A stretch of 64,000 nt of DNA, taken from assembly GCA_000165425.1 (NCBI GenBank), contig CT868052.1:372001-436000 (forward strand), written 5' to 3'. The notes beneath the pieces were generated by a model. That model worked only from the letters and a program-made list of their open reading frames with translations. It searched no databases and was not told the DNA's origin. The position numbers and the translations under genes are program-made. The number at the start of each line of letters is the position of its first letter. The stretch's first letter is position 1. Below, piece after piece: positions 13,612-26,720 of the stretch. This DNA is from Paramecium tetraurelia (Eukaryota).

Positions 13612-14861
13612 TCAAGATTATAAAAAATTGTTACACATCAATAATCCTAACTAATCGCCCTTCTCTTTGACAAAGTGCTTATTATTAGAATCATTGTAAT
13701 AATCTCCAAAACTCCTCTATCCTTCACTTGATTAAATTCCACTTATAAACAATAAAATTTATTGAGATGAGTATTCTGGATGAGATTACATTCCAAATAT
13801 TCTCAAATCCTCAGAAATGAATATTTCATTTTCAGCTGTTTTAGATGATCCATAATTTATAAATCTCTCTGGTAATTTAGTTACTAAGTCGCCATGAGCT
13901 TTATTAATTATTATACTATCAATCTAAGCCAATTCTTAGAAACATCCAATCTTAAACAAATCATTCTTAATCCTAATTTTCTCATTTCCATAATAGTAAA
14001 ATCCTTTATGTTTGATTCTATTCTTGCAAGGTGCCACAATCCCTCCAAATGCTTAAGCAAGTAATTAAAATCCAAAGCAAATGCCCATCATTTTTATATG
14101 ATTGTAATTCTCATATACATTCAATATAAAATTTTGCAAACTGCGAATCCAAGCTTTTTCATCATAAGCAGAACTTGTGCTGCCTGGTATTATTATAACA
14201 TTAGTTTGCTTAAGAACATCCCCATCAGGATAGTTTCCCTAAGTAACATTGTAACATAACCATCTTTCTTATCTCCTTCTATATATTCCATTAAATAACC
14301 CAATTGTATCGATGTACATTTTTGGAGCGTGATATCTACCTTAATCGAAGTCTTTCACGCATAGAAATACGATTGTTCGATGATATTTTAGATGTTAACC
14401 CTCTAATATAACTTATTCGATTGCATGTTTTTTATTTAATTCTCTTCTGTTGCTGAAACTAAAGTAGTTCAAATCCTAATCTATTAATTCAATTATGTAA
14501 TATGTATGATCCTCGATCTCCCATATTGGTGCAGTAGTAAAGAAACGAGTCCAAAGGTAAAAATGGGGATTTCTATATATTTCTAGTTCCTAAGATATTT
14601 AAGAAAGAATTTTACTCGAATATAAATATAACTGTCCCTAGCTTATTAATAAGCCTCCCAATTTATTATTTTCTCAAATTTATGAGTATTTAAGCTAGTT
14701 TTTGTTATATCTATTGATCCAAATTACTTTATTATTAACTTTGCAGCTGCTATTGCACACGAATTTCCATCTGATTCCAATACTCCACAGTTTAAATTTT
14801 ATTGAGAGTTTATCAATAATTGCTGGCCTATATGGAATATCAGACTGACTTTTGTTTACAT
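13612..14861 (-). CDS. Class I glutamine amidotransferase-like protein
   Basis: IIIPGSTSSAYD, GICFGFQ (catalytic Cys), HGD, GMQSHPE (His-Glu); N-terminal extension; start provisional. Confidence 0.85.
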
Positions 14862-15430
14862 TTCACAGTATTATTAATGATTTTGGGTAAAGTCAAATAA
14901 GTTTAGAAATCAATATTTCAAGTTAATTGCTTACGAAATACATTTTGACAATTATCAAATGATTAAATATTATTTGCGTATTTCGTTACGAATTAAATTA
15001 CAATAATTTATATCATTCTTATAAATAATATATTATCAATAGTATTTTCCAACATAGTACAATAATTGAGATTTTTGTTTAACTAAAATATTACAACTAT
15101 ACATCTATAAGATAATATTTATTGAATCTATCATATGCTTTATTTTAAATATATTTAACGATTTTATATTCAATCTCGTAATAAGACCCTTTATGCGAAA
15201 GAACAATTTAATTAATTCCTTTTAATTTTAGAAAGTGATTAATTTGTGAAATAAATCAATCAACAGTCAATTTCAATAAATAAATAATATCAAAAAAATT
15301 TTATAGATAAGGAGGATTAAAACAATTGTAATAATATTATTTAAAAAATAAATTAATTTTTTCTATGAAATTTTGATAAAGGTTAAATATATTCTATTGA
15401 ACAAAAACATATGATAATTAATTTAAAGTA

Positions 15431-17079
15431 ATGAAATATAAGTTATTAGTTTTATTTTTCATAAGCTTGGATATGGCATAAGAGTGGGAAATTATTTATG
15501 AAAGTTTTAAAGACTCAAATTCAAAAGATGCAATAGGTACCTTTTCTTCTTCAATTAATTAGGGTGGACAGTAAAAAATAATTACAATCAAAATTTATTC
15601 ACCAGCTGTAATGGTATTAAATTGTTTGGAGGGTATGGTGTTTTTGCATAGAATACTTTAGTATCTAAGTACTTTTCCTTGCCTCCTCATTTTAAAGTCA
15701 AAGTTGATTTCGACTTTTGGAAGTATTTCTCATCTAAAAAGTAGAATTGATAGTTGGGATAATGAGGGTGTCTATATATTTGTGGATGATAAATTATGGG
15801 CAAAAGGTTATTCTTGGTGGCAAGGGAGTCAAATTTGTGGAGTAGGAGATGGTTGGAATGAAGTAATTGAGCCAATTTCAATTATAATAAGTCATAATTC
15901 AGAATCATTAGTGTTCATCATCACTTCAAGTTTAGATTAGCCCCCTTCTGATGTAAAATTTTAATTAATATTAAAGGAAAGTTGGGGATTTAGAAGTTTT
16001 ACTTTGTCAATATTAAGATGTCCTTAGGGTTGCTTATTTTGTTAAGATACTGATTATAATAATTGTTTTTATTGGATTAGTTTTATATCATTGTGGCACT
16101 ATTCAATAGAAGTTGATGGATGGATGAAAAATAGTGATATCTAACCTGCAATAGGTTAATGTGCCAGTATTGGTCTTGTTGGAGGATCTATTAATCTAGC
16201 ACCAAACGATAAATTAGAAAAGATTTTCACAAATTTACATCCTCATTATAAAATGGTTCTGAAATTATAACTTTGGAAAATTGATTCATGGGATAATGAA
16301 AACTTTGTTTTAGAAGTAGATGGTTAAATTTATAACTAAACCATTTTGAGAAGTGCAGGTAGTTATTAGATTTGTGGATCCAGTGGATAAGAACAGATTA
16401 TTAATATTGAAATTACTTTATCTCATCATTAATCAGAATGCAAAATAACTATGAGAACCAATAATAATTCTATTACTAAAAATGCTTATTGGGGAATAAG
16501 AGCATTTAATTTATACCTTGCAAAATGCATTACTGGTTGTGATCAATGTTTAGGTCCATTAATAACACAGTGTACTGAATGCTCAAAGGAATGGGTCATT
16601 TACCAGAACTTTTGCACTTATCGTATTCATAAATCCTAATAAAAGCCCCTCCTATGTTATTTTTATAAATCTCAATTACTCAATTAAAAGTTCCATAGTT
16701 AAATTGGATTCCTATATAGATCCATCTACTAGAAGTCGATTAAAAGATAGTTTCGTAAGGAAATTTTACACTTTTATTTAAGAATACTTAATAAATTTTG
16801 ACTTTTCAGGTGGATATAAAATGCATTCCAAAAAAAGCAATTAAAAGTTTATTTTATAGCAATTCATTTTAAAATTTATAATAATATTAATATCGAAAAA
16901 ATTGTTTAGGAAATTTCAATACAGCAATCTATAATGTTAAATACGATTTAAAAATAATTGCTGAATAACAGTTGATAATTCACACATCTGATACCCAATG
17001 TTTAATATATTAAGTAGTTAGAGTTGCTGATGAATTAGCTTATATAAGAATTTTAGAAATCTTCTTAGAAGATTTTTGA
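15431..17079 (+). CDS. Secreted ciliate-family protein with two tandem 'PHY/F...WKIDSWDNE' domains and Cys-rich linkers
   Basis: Signal peptide; internal duplication FGG..PPHF..WKIDSWDNE..ICG..SWG / VGG..HPHY..WKIDSWDNE..ICG..YWG; C..GC..C linkers. Confidence 0.8.
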
Positions 17080-17929
17080 ATATTTAATTATAATCATTAT
17101 CAATATAATTAAAAATAGAATTCTATTATTTAATAATGGTTAATGTAATAATTAACAATAGAGACTTTTTCTGATTCATTCCTGAATTTGCAAAATAAAA
17201 TTAAAGCCTTGCCCATTTCAGAATAGGAGTTATGAGAAGTATTCTTTTCAATATCATAAGAAATTAAATAAACTACATAAGACCAACTAATGTTGATATA
17301 CGATATTCAAAGTTATGTTTTAGATGTTCTAGATATTAAACTATAACTTTGATATTAACCACTTTTTATAATTAATATTTGTTAATCAAAATTAGCTAGA
17401 TAAAATTAAACAGATCTATTCAAAAGTGATAAATTTTTTCGACTTTCAAATTTTTCTTAATTATATATAATTTTTGTTATCCTCAATATTATAAATAATT
17501 AAATTTAGTTCTTTTTTATTTCCATTTAAAAAAAAAAAATAAAACAAAAAAAAATAAATTTTAGAACCTGAAAAATAAGCTAAGTTAAAATCTCCGTTGA
17601 AAATTTGATCCTATCAAGATTATTGATATGTGCTAGTAAATATTCAAACTGCTGTTTAAAACAGTTATATTTAAATAATCTCAATTTCAAAAGCTTATCA
17701 GTCTATTATAATATTCATTTTTAATATGTCTTGACAAATAACCAAATAGATCCTTATCTAAAATGAATAATAATTGATGAATGTTTCAAAAATTAGACTA
17801 ATAAAAACAAAAGATATTGAAATTTATTTGATTTAATCTCAATTAGGATTTTATTACAATATTTCTCGATATGATATAAGTTTCTTAAATTTTATAACTT
17901 CTAGATGCCTTGTCATAGTAGCCTTTACT

Positions 17930-18880
17930 TCATAAAAGCTAAAATTTAGTTATGAAATACTTATGTAAGAATTATAATTATGAATCGTCAGTTGTAATTT
18001 TTGATATACCGTCAATAGTTTAAAGATATTAACTTCCTGGTGTGGTCTTTAATTCTATATTCTAGAAAAACACAATTTAATAAGGAGTGAATTTATGTTC
18101 TAAAAATGTATTCCATAATGTAATGGAGTCTAATTATCCATCTTAATCCATAACCTCAACTTTAATAAAATCAAAAAATCGCCCCTTTTGTTAACTCCAG
18201 ATTTATTTTTTATCAAATTATTAAATAACAATTGCTAAAATATTAAAATATGTCTTTATTGTAGAGTTTTGTGAAGGGAATTCAATTTATTAAAATTGAT
18301 TGATAATTGAATAATTCTGAGTAGAAGAGTTGATCTCTAGATTATTGTCTTTTTGTTCTTATTCTATAGGTTTGGTTTACTACACTTATTCATCTGGAGG
18401 GTATTATGTGATTTTACCTTTCTGTATCATAATCTAGAAATCTTTATTTTGTTTTAAAGATTCCTTGATTTGCACTCCAGAGAGATAGTAAACTTCATTA
18501 TTTTAGAATTAAGGATATTCAACTTCATTTCCTATTAGACAAGTGCAGCATTACCCAAAAATATCTTTGAATTCTACTAGTTTTTGATTTAATATAAAAT
18601 TTTCCTTTGTTATCTTCTTGAACTTTAAACCTATTTGATATAATTAATTTTATCGTTTAAGATCTTTTAAACTTTTAGCTTTTTCTATATTATTATTATT
18701 TGTATTGATCTTATTTACTTATTGATTTCGATCGTTATGATTTTTTTATAAAAATTCTGAAATTCTATTATTTTTGGATTAGTAATTTTAAGAGTTATTT
18801 TTCGAGATTAAAGAGTGATATTAGAATTAAGCAAACTCCTCATCTTGATCTAAGAAATTAGAATACCTTCTTTGTTTCAT
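17930..18880 (-). CDS. Divergent RPA1-like tandem OB-fold protein (3' end uncertain)
   Basis: EFKDIFG...FQNNEVYYLSGVQIK...KDFQI resembles DBD-A; FNILAIV...VEVMDQDGQLDSITLWN...IVFFQNIELK resembles DBD-B. Confidence 0.6.
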
Positions 18881-19121
18881 TTATTATCTAATAATTTATA
18901 AATTATTATCTTATTAATTTCATAAACACTTCGATTTGAATTATAACTTTTTCTATTATTTCTCAAACCAATTAAGTCAATGATAAGGATTAGTTTAAAT
19001 TTTGTTTAGATTGAAATTAATAATACAGAATAAAATGAGAAAAACAAATAATAGACAGTTTATTATTAATAGAATCAAATTGTTAATAAAATAATATATA
19101 TAAACCCAAATTAACCTAAAT

Positions 19122-20086
19122 TCATTGTTTGTGTTTTTTTTTATTCTTTTTCTTGTGAGGTTGATCTTTATTCTAATCGGATTATTATTATTGCTATTAT
19201 TAATCTTGTAATTCTTATTTTTGTATTCTGTATTACTTTTGTTCTTACTATAGGATGTTTGATTCTACGGATTAAACGATAGGTTATGTAATAATGTGAT
19301 TGTATTACAATTATTAGTCATATTTCTTTATTTTACTACCTTATTTGCCTGCAATTTTGAATCCAAACAATGTTGGTTAAAAATCAACTTAGATCTAAGT
19401 GTCAGGCAATAACTAAAATTTAGGATGTAGATCTGGATAGGTCTAGATCTAATATTTAAATTAATAACCATTAATAAGAATTGAGGAAATGATTTTCCAA
19501 AATACGCTCCATCTATATCAGCACATTTCTTCTTAGGCATGTAAACTTCTTCACATCTTGGACAAAATACCTAATTAGATAATGATGGAAAACTTTGATT
19601 CTGGCAGTTTTAAGATCTTCACATAGTCCTATGGGGATCACATTCTGTTTTTCACAATATATACGAGGACAATGACCAAATTTTCCTTATAAAAATCGTT
19701 CGCGCATGATTGCAGATCCTTTGGATGTAAATATGAATCGAGCATGAAGTAAACCATAAATGTCAGATGCCTCCTAATAAACTTCTAAAAATCTTTTGTG
19801 ATGTAAAATAAGAAAACCTTTCATCTTCCAAGTCTTAATCTTCAGGAGAAGTAGGCTATAAAATCATGCTGATGGCTTCACTAGAATTATTAGGCATCGT
19901 CGATACTTAAAGAAATTGAATTTTCCTTTGATTCCAACTTAATGAAAAGGATCACGAATAAATTCATCATCAACTTCGCATAAAAATTGATGATCCTCAT
20001 GTGCGCAAAACCATTCTATCCAACCTCCTGGATGTTCTGAATATTATGATTCCTCTTCCTATAAACTTTGATGATTTACCAGACAT
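19122..20086 (-). CDS. CSNK2B: Casein kinase II regulatory subunit beta
   Basis: WIEWFC...FLCEVDDEFIRD, YGLLHARFI, FGHCPRIYC, FCPRCEEVY, DGAYFG.SFP; 5 short introns; Q-rich tail. Confidence 0.95.
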
Positions 20087-20229
20087 CTTCTAAATATTTA
20101 GTTAAAATAAAAGATTTTTATAAATGTTAATTTTTCAATAAAATAAACACTACTCTATCTGATAGGTATTTAAATGACTTTAAAATTACAAATTATTAAC
20201 ATATATATAGATATAGAAATAATTGCCCA

Positions 20230-21249
20230 TCAGATATGTTTCATCTATCTAAATTTCTCTGATAGTACTAAGATCTTTTGATACTTTTTTCTATTCTAAA
20301 AATATTGGTTAGCCTCTAATTGATTATAAAATGTATTACAATCTTCATAGTCCTCAGATTATGAGGTTTCCAATAGTTTGTCTGCTAATTCATCATATTA
20401 TTCACACATTTATTAGAATAAGAAATTCACCTTTGAGTTTTAGAACCTTTCACTCAATGCCCTACTTCTATTTGATAATTATAGATAATTATTTTTCTCT
20501 TCTTCAAATTAATTATTTCTAGTAAGTAATCTCTCTACTCTAGTTTTAATTTCTGAATCATTGGCTTCAATCAAACCTAAATTTTCATCGTTTTCTATTT
20601 ATACCAGCAATGATCTCATTCTATTAAACATATTTTAGCATTTTCTCCTTTAAATTTCTCAATTCTTGAATTTAAGGTAATAGATTCATTAGAACTTATT
20701 GTTTTTCATCAGAATTCAACCAAACCTGGTATTCTTACTATGAAAGGCCTGGTAACATTTAAGCAACTGGCATATTTTTAATTTTATTAACACAATCATC
20801 TACATGAAGAGAAGTAACAAAATCACAATACTCTTATACAATTGGACTGCACTTATATTAATAAATAGTACTTTGATAGAAGCTTCGAATGCAGTTCAAA
20901 TTAATCTTAAATAGCGTGGACTAAAGCCAGATGATTTGAACCATTATTCCACTGATAAAATTTTGTGTAGTCATATGGAGCATTGTTGAGTGAACAAGTT
21001 GGTGGTATACCAATATTATAATTCTGATCACTAGAATAGTGGATTAATATACATTCTTATCTAGCAATTCTTTAGTGTTACAATTGCAGATTATGTATAA
21101 TCATTGGGTGCTTTGATTATTTGATACTAAAATTCTTTCTATAGTGTTTAAAATAGATCCTTAATTTATGGGTTCACCTGCTATTATCCATAAATATTTC
21201 CTTAATAAGGGCCTCCCATATATCCTTTTGGATTGCTCTAATTATTCAT
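20230..21249 (-). CDS. VPS37-like ESCRT-I subunit
   Basis: Coiled coil followed by a Mod(r)-like C-terminus ELADKLLE...YFQNRKKYQKILVLSEKF. Confidence 0.5.
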
Positions 21250-21821
21250 TTAATTATTTATATTCAAAATTTTAAAGAATTTAAGTTTTCTATAAATATT
21301 TTTTTCTATTCTAAAGTAATATAAAAATGTTATTTATAATTGAAATCCATAAAAATTAATTGAAGAACTCAATTTATATTTAAATGTTAATTAAATTTTA
21401 TTTAATGAAAGATTTTATTAATTAAGAGGTTTAAAAAATAATTTATTCCATAAATTTTAGTCAGTTATTATCGGAGAATATTTTGTGTTTATACTGACTT
21501 ATTTAATTGGAACATTATAATCATAAAGAATTGGCTATGTTTGAGATGAAAAACAATGATATCTAAGGTATATTTTCCTTTTCAATATATTTTTTAATTA
21601 TAGAATTAATGCGAAACACACATTTTCAAATAATCATAATTTTAGTATTTCATGACAATTGAAAAATATTTATCATAACTATTAAAGAAAATTATAAATG
21701 ATTCAAAAGATTATTCTCCAAAAGTCTATTTTAGATTCGCTTTTATCCATTCATATATTTAAAACTAAAGTAATAAATATATTATTTATAATAAATAATT
21801 GAGATCAATTAAAGTCCATTT

Positions 21822-22376
21822 ATGAAGCAAAGAGGTTAAATTATAGTAGCCATCATAATTTTGTTAGACTTTTCTTTAATTACTCATTAATAATGCTTGA
21901 AAAGATAAACAACTATGAGATCAATTACTAGAGGAAAGTACAAGAATTCTTTACATATATCAAATGGGGCATTAATATCGTCCACAAAAGAGAATTTTTT
22001 TTATAAAAATAATTCTGGAAATTGCTTAAGAGATACGATATATGAAGTAAGTGGCTAAACTGGTTTCATGTATTGTATGCCAGGATTTTCAATTTAGTTG
22101 AAATTGTTGTAGAAATATGAACTAAACACTTTAAAATTATGGATTTGGGATAGAGATAATAGGCTTCAAACATTGTAATTATATGTGAAAGTTGGTAATC
22201 TGGAAACTAAAGTTTATGAAACCACTATGGCTTAAAGTGTAGTTACAATAACATTCCCAGACTAATTTGTAGAAGAATTTAGAATATTTAACATTGCTGG
22301 TAATACTAATAATCCAGGATTGCATTTGATTAAAGTTGAAGCTTACTATAAATTATAAATAACTTTGTTATAATGA
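21822..22376 (+). CDS. Secreted discoidin/galactose-binding-like domain protein (BTBD9 C-terminal-like)
   Basis: Hydrophobic N-terminus; LQKYELNTLKLWIWDRDNR...ITFPDQFVEEFRI...GNTNNPGLHLIKVEA; intronless 184 aa. Confidence 0.6.
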
Positions 22377-22684
22377 TATATTAATTGTATATATTGTAAT
22401 TTGTTAATAATTAATTAGTTTATTAAGATAATGCTTGGAATTCCTTAACTCTTATAGATCAAATATTAAATGAAATTGAATAAAAATTCCAATATATATT
22501 ATACTGAATTTGATAAATTTCTTTAGCTTGCTAAATTTATTTTACTAATATAAATGTTTATTTAGTTATTAATAAAGGGTGCAAATAATCAATTAAATTT
22601 GCTAAAACAAACTGAACCAAATAGTTTATAAATTATGGAAAATAATTGGTTTCTCAAGTTGCATTATAAATAAAATAAATATTT

Positions 22685-23737
22685 ATGTTTAGGAAAATAA
22701 TTTAAGGCTTTTCAAAATACTCCCATAGGTCAACAATTCCTAGTCTTCTTAAGGATCCTAAATATACAAAACGTGGGATATTGAAACCTAAGGGGGAAAC
22801 CAAAATGCTAAGAAAACCTTCAATACCAGAGGATATTCCTAATGCTCATCTTTATTATGATCATTCGAAGTTTATTGAAATTCAAAAAAACAATCCTCCT
22901 CATAAATTAGTACTTATTGAAATAATAATAAGAAATATGAATCAACAGATTTAGATTTCATTTTGAGTATACTTAATAATGATACCTTTATTCACACTTA
23001 AGATTTCAAGCTTTGGAAAGCCATTAAATAATTAAATATTCATCATCCAAATGAAGTTAAGAAGAATTGGGAAGTTTTTGATAGAGCATATAGAGTAATA
23101 TTAGACAATGCGAGATATTTGGATATTTACAATTTCAGATCATTTACTCAAGTTTCTTAGCAATATTATTCAGACGATGAAAAAGTTTGGACAGTGTTAT
23201 ACAGAATTTCAATTTAATTTTTTGTTGGTTGGGAACATTAACAAACTCCCTTATTAAGCAAAATAATTGAAAAGTAAAATATCAATAAATATTATAGGAC
23301 ACATTAGCAATCATTTTTATTCTGCTTTCATATTATAATGCAACAGGTTAGAAGATTCAATATTGATGTGTCTAATATTATAATTCATTTGGATTATTTG
23401 ATGAGAAACCATTTAAGATTTTATAAAATTGTATTCATCAATATTTTTAGTATAGCATAGTGAAGAAACATACAATAAAGTTGAGAATGTTGAGGATAAG
23501 AATCAACTAGGAAATTTCTTAGCTCATTTTGCATTTTGTGTTTAACAGAGAAAAGACATTTTTAACGATGTGGACAAAGAGGTTAAAGAAAAACAAGTGG
23601 AAGAATTTTTACATTAAGGACAAAAGCTGTGTTTAGAATCATTTGATAAGCTCACTGCAGGGACCAAGAAAAATCTATAAAATTCAATAGCTTATGGCAG
23701 ATATTAGTATAAGCCATTATTTGACAATTTTAAATGA
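22685..23737 (+). CDS. Hypothetical helical protein, probably mitochondrial
   Basis: Basic N-terminus MFRKIIQGFSKYSHRS lacking acidic residues; continuous code-6 frame with short introns. Confidence 0.65.
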
Positions 23738-23887
23738 GAATATCTATAAATATAATTTTATAATTATATAGTTATCTGATAGATGTAAACTATTAATTAA
23801 TTATAAAAGTGATTTAGTCATTTCATAAACAACAATTTGATAAAATAACGAAATAATAAATCTTATTATTGAGTATTTTATAAATAA

Positions 23888-25558
23888 TCATTATTAGTAA
23901 TTTAAAAATTATTTTTCAATCATTTAAATAAATGGTTTCAACATATCATCAATTTATAAAGTAGTTAGAATTTTCATTTTTATTAGATCTAGTTCCTTCA
24001 AATACTTTTAAACATATGGACCATCTGCTGATGCATAACTAAAATGTTTTAGATTTACATTTATAACTCCTGATTATAAGGTTCTTAAAAATAGTTCAAG
24101 AAAAATTAATGTGACAGAATTAATTAATTCATTATCTGCATCTATTTTTAATTAGCCAAATAATTCTTTGGCTTTAATAAATAACCCATAAAAGATAATA
24201 TTTTTAATGAGAACCAATTCAATAAAGACAATCTTTTTACATTCTCTCAATAAGTATGAAAAGTATTTTGATATCTAAAATCTTGCTTTTATAATGTCAC
24301 TATGATAATTTTATAGTGGATAAAAGCCTTCTTCCGAAATAGAATTTAAGAAAATATAAAATTAATTTGAAAACTTCTAATTTGTCATTTTCTACAGAAT
24401 TTCTCTGACAATTTCCTCTGCTATCAATGGGATCATCATTTTGTGCTGTTTTTTTTCAGCTTTTTAAAGTTATTACAATCTACTAAATTTGAACAAAATC
24501 TATTTAGCTATTACATTGTTAACAAAAAATATCAGTTCTTAATTAACTTTTTAATAATTATTTTAATGATATGAATAACTAATTAACTGATATCTCTATT
24601 GAGATATCTTCGTTTACTTAATTAAACAAAAACAAAAAAAAACAGCAGCAAATCCATACTTTATGTTCTTAATTCTCTTATGTGTTAAGGATAGTTTTTA
24701 TCCATAATTAATATTCATTTAGATGTGAGGTTATTTATATAAATATTTTTCATACTATGCTAATCTAAATTATTTTAATGCTTCTTTATGAGGCTGTAAT
24801 TTATCATTCTTTATAACAAATTGATCCAATTAACTAATTATTTATTCTAAAGTTGGCAATTATTTTTATTTCATTTTTATTACTCTTGTTCTAGGTCGTA
24901 AATCTTAATCTTCGTCACTTTCTAGCAAATCAATCAAATTTGAATCATTTGTATTATTTAACATTTTAACATCTGAATGAAATGCTTTAGGTTAAGTGTA
25001 CATTGGACTTTCCTAATTTAATATTTTAGGGAGCTTAGAAGGAGTAGGAATCTTTTTCTCGATTGTGACTAATTCACTCAATAACACAGATTAGTTAGTA
25101 GCTATTTTTTTTGAAGTATAAGTATCTGATTGATTCTCTAAGAAGAAGAGTTCTTTTTTAATTTGTTTAATTTACTCAGAGAGTTTAGATTTTTATTCTT
25201 CCCAAATGTGAATCTATTGTTCAATTTAAAAAAAATGTTATTCAAAACTTGTTTTTGGATTTTTTATTTATGTTCTGAAAGATTAATGTTTATTCAATTC
25301 AACATTTATTTTATCATACTCTTACCTTAAATAGGCCAACTTCTTAGCCAGATTATTAATTTGTAATTGTTTGGGAATCGGTTTCTCTGGAATAGATTGT
25401 GCTCTAATTCTTTATTTCAATTAAGGTATTAATTCTTCAATAACTTTTCTCTCTTTTTCTTCGAATCCAAGAGATTTCTTTATTTTTTGTATATGATCTG
25501 GTAGCTTATGAAGGCCATCGCTTTTTCCAACAAATTAATATGCTAAATATTTATTCAT
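23888..25558 (-). CDS. Hypothetical protein
   Basis: Apparently intronless 557-codon code-6 ORF, MNKYLAYQFVGK...FLNYQQ*. Confidence 0.7.
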
Positions 25559-25775
25559 ATTATTACATTTTAAAAATATTCAAAAATACTTGATTTGAAC
25601 TTAGATCTCAAATCTTATTATTTGTAACTTTGTGTTTTTAAGACTAAACAATTAACGGTTGTTATGTATGACAAGAATAAGAAACAAATACAATTAGAGA
25701 TTGAAATAAGGGTGAAACAAAATAATTTCATATTAATTTATTTTATATATAGAATATTATAAAATTTAACTGTTA

Positions 25776-26577
25776 ATGCAACTTCGTTAAAGCAAGAGTA
25801 GGAAAAGCATAGACGATTAAGATATAGGATAAAAGAAGCAACAAAGTACTCGAAAATCTGTTGGACAAACCAAGCAGAAACGAAGTGTTTCCAAGGATAA
25901 AGAAAATAATAAAAAATCGACTTAATTGAATAACAAAGTGAAAAATATAAGTGAAACATTCAAATTAAAGGACATATTGAAACTTAAAGAATTTTATAAA
26001 GGCAATGAAGAATATGAAGAAAATACTGCTACTCGATCAACTCCTTAAAAAACAGAGTGTTAAACAAGCAATTCTCGATTCAGCAATTGCAATTGCAAAT
26101 AAGAAATAATCGAAGACAATCAAAAGTAAATTATTTAGAAATTAATTCAGCTTAAAATAAGAAATATTAGAGCATCTTGAGAAAATATAATTTATAGTTC
26201 AAAAAAACGAAAGATTTATGACTCACAGATCTTAATAAGAAATAAAGGCCGAGAGTTTTTTAAGTTAGGATAAATCCTCAAGGAAATGCATTAATAAGGT
26301 TCAAGAATAATAAGACTAATAAGAAGATGTTTTAAACAATAGCAACATTTATAATTTAAATTATATCATACAACAACAACAACTTTAAATATCGAATTTA
26401 AAAACTAAATTATTTTGTTAGGAATAGAAATTCTTAGAAAAACAGTCATAGTATGAGCAAGAAGTGTTACAATTAAAAAATCAAATACTATAATTAACAA
26501 GTGGGATGGAAATGCTGAAAGAACAAATTCATTAACAGCAATTCTAAAGGCAAGTAAATGTTCAGACCAAAAAGTGA
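25776..26577 (+). CDS. Hypothetical coiled-coil protein
   Basis: Basic N-half and Q/E-rich heptad C-half; one 25-nt intron; start provisional. Confidence 0.65.
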
Positions 26578-26720
26578 AATTTAGTTATATATAAGACATT
26601 ATCATTATATCGAGGAAACTATCCTGTCTAAATTTTGATTTCAACCAGAATTTATACGAGTATTTGTTATCATCTATTCTTAATAATTATAAAATAATAT
26701 TCTTTAATTTTTAAAGCGCA

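Noticed and set aside
22431..22784. Code-6 ORF starting at 22431
   Set aside because: No motifs, very AT-rich and overlaps the next gene out of frame; long chance ORFs are common with a single stop codon
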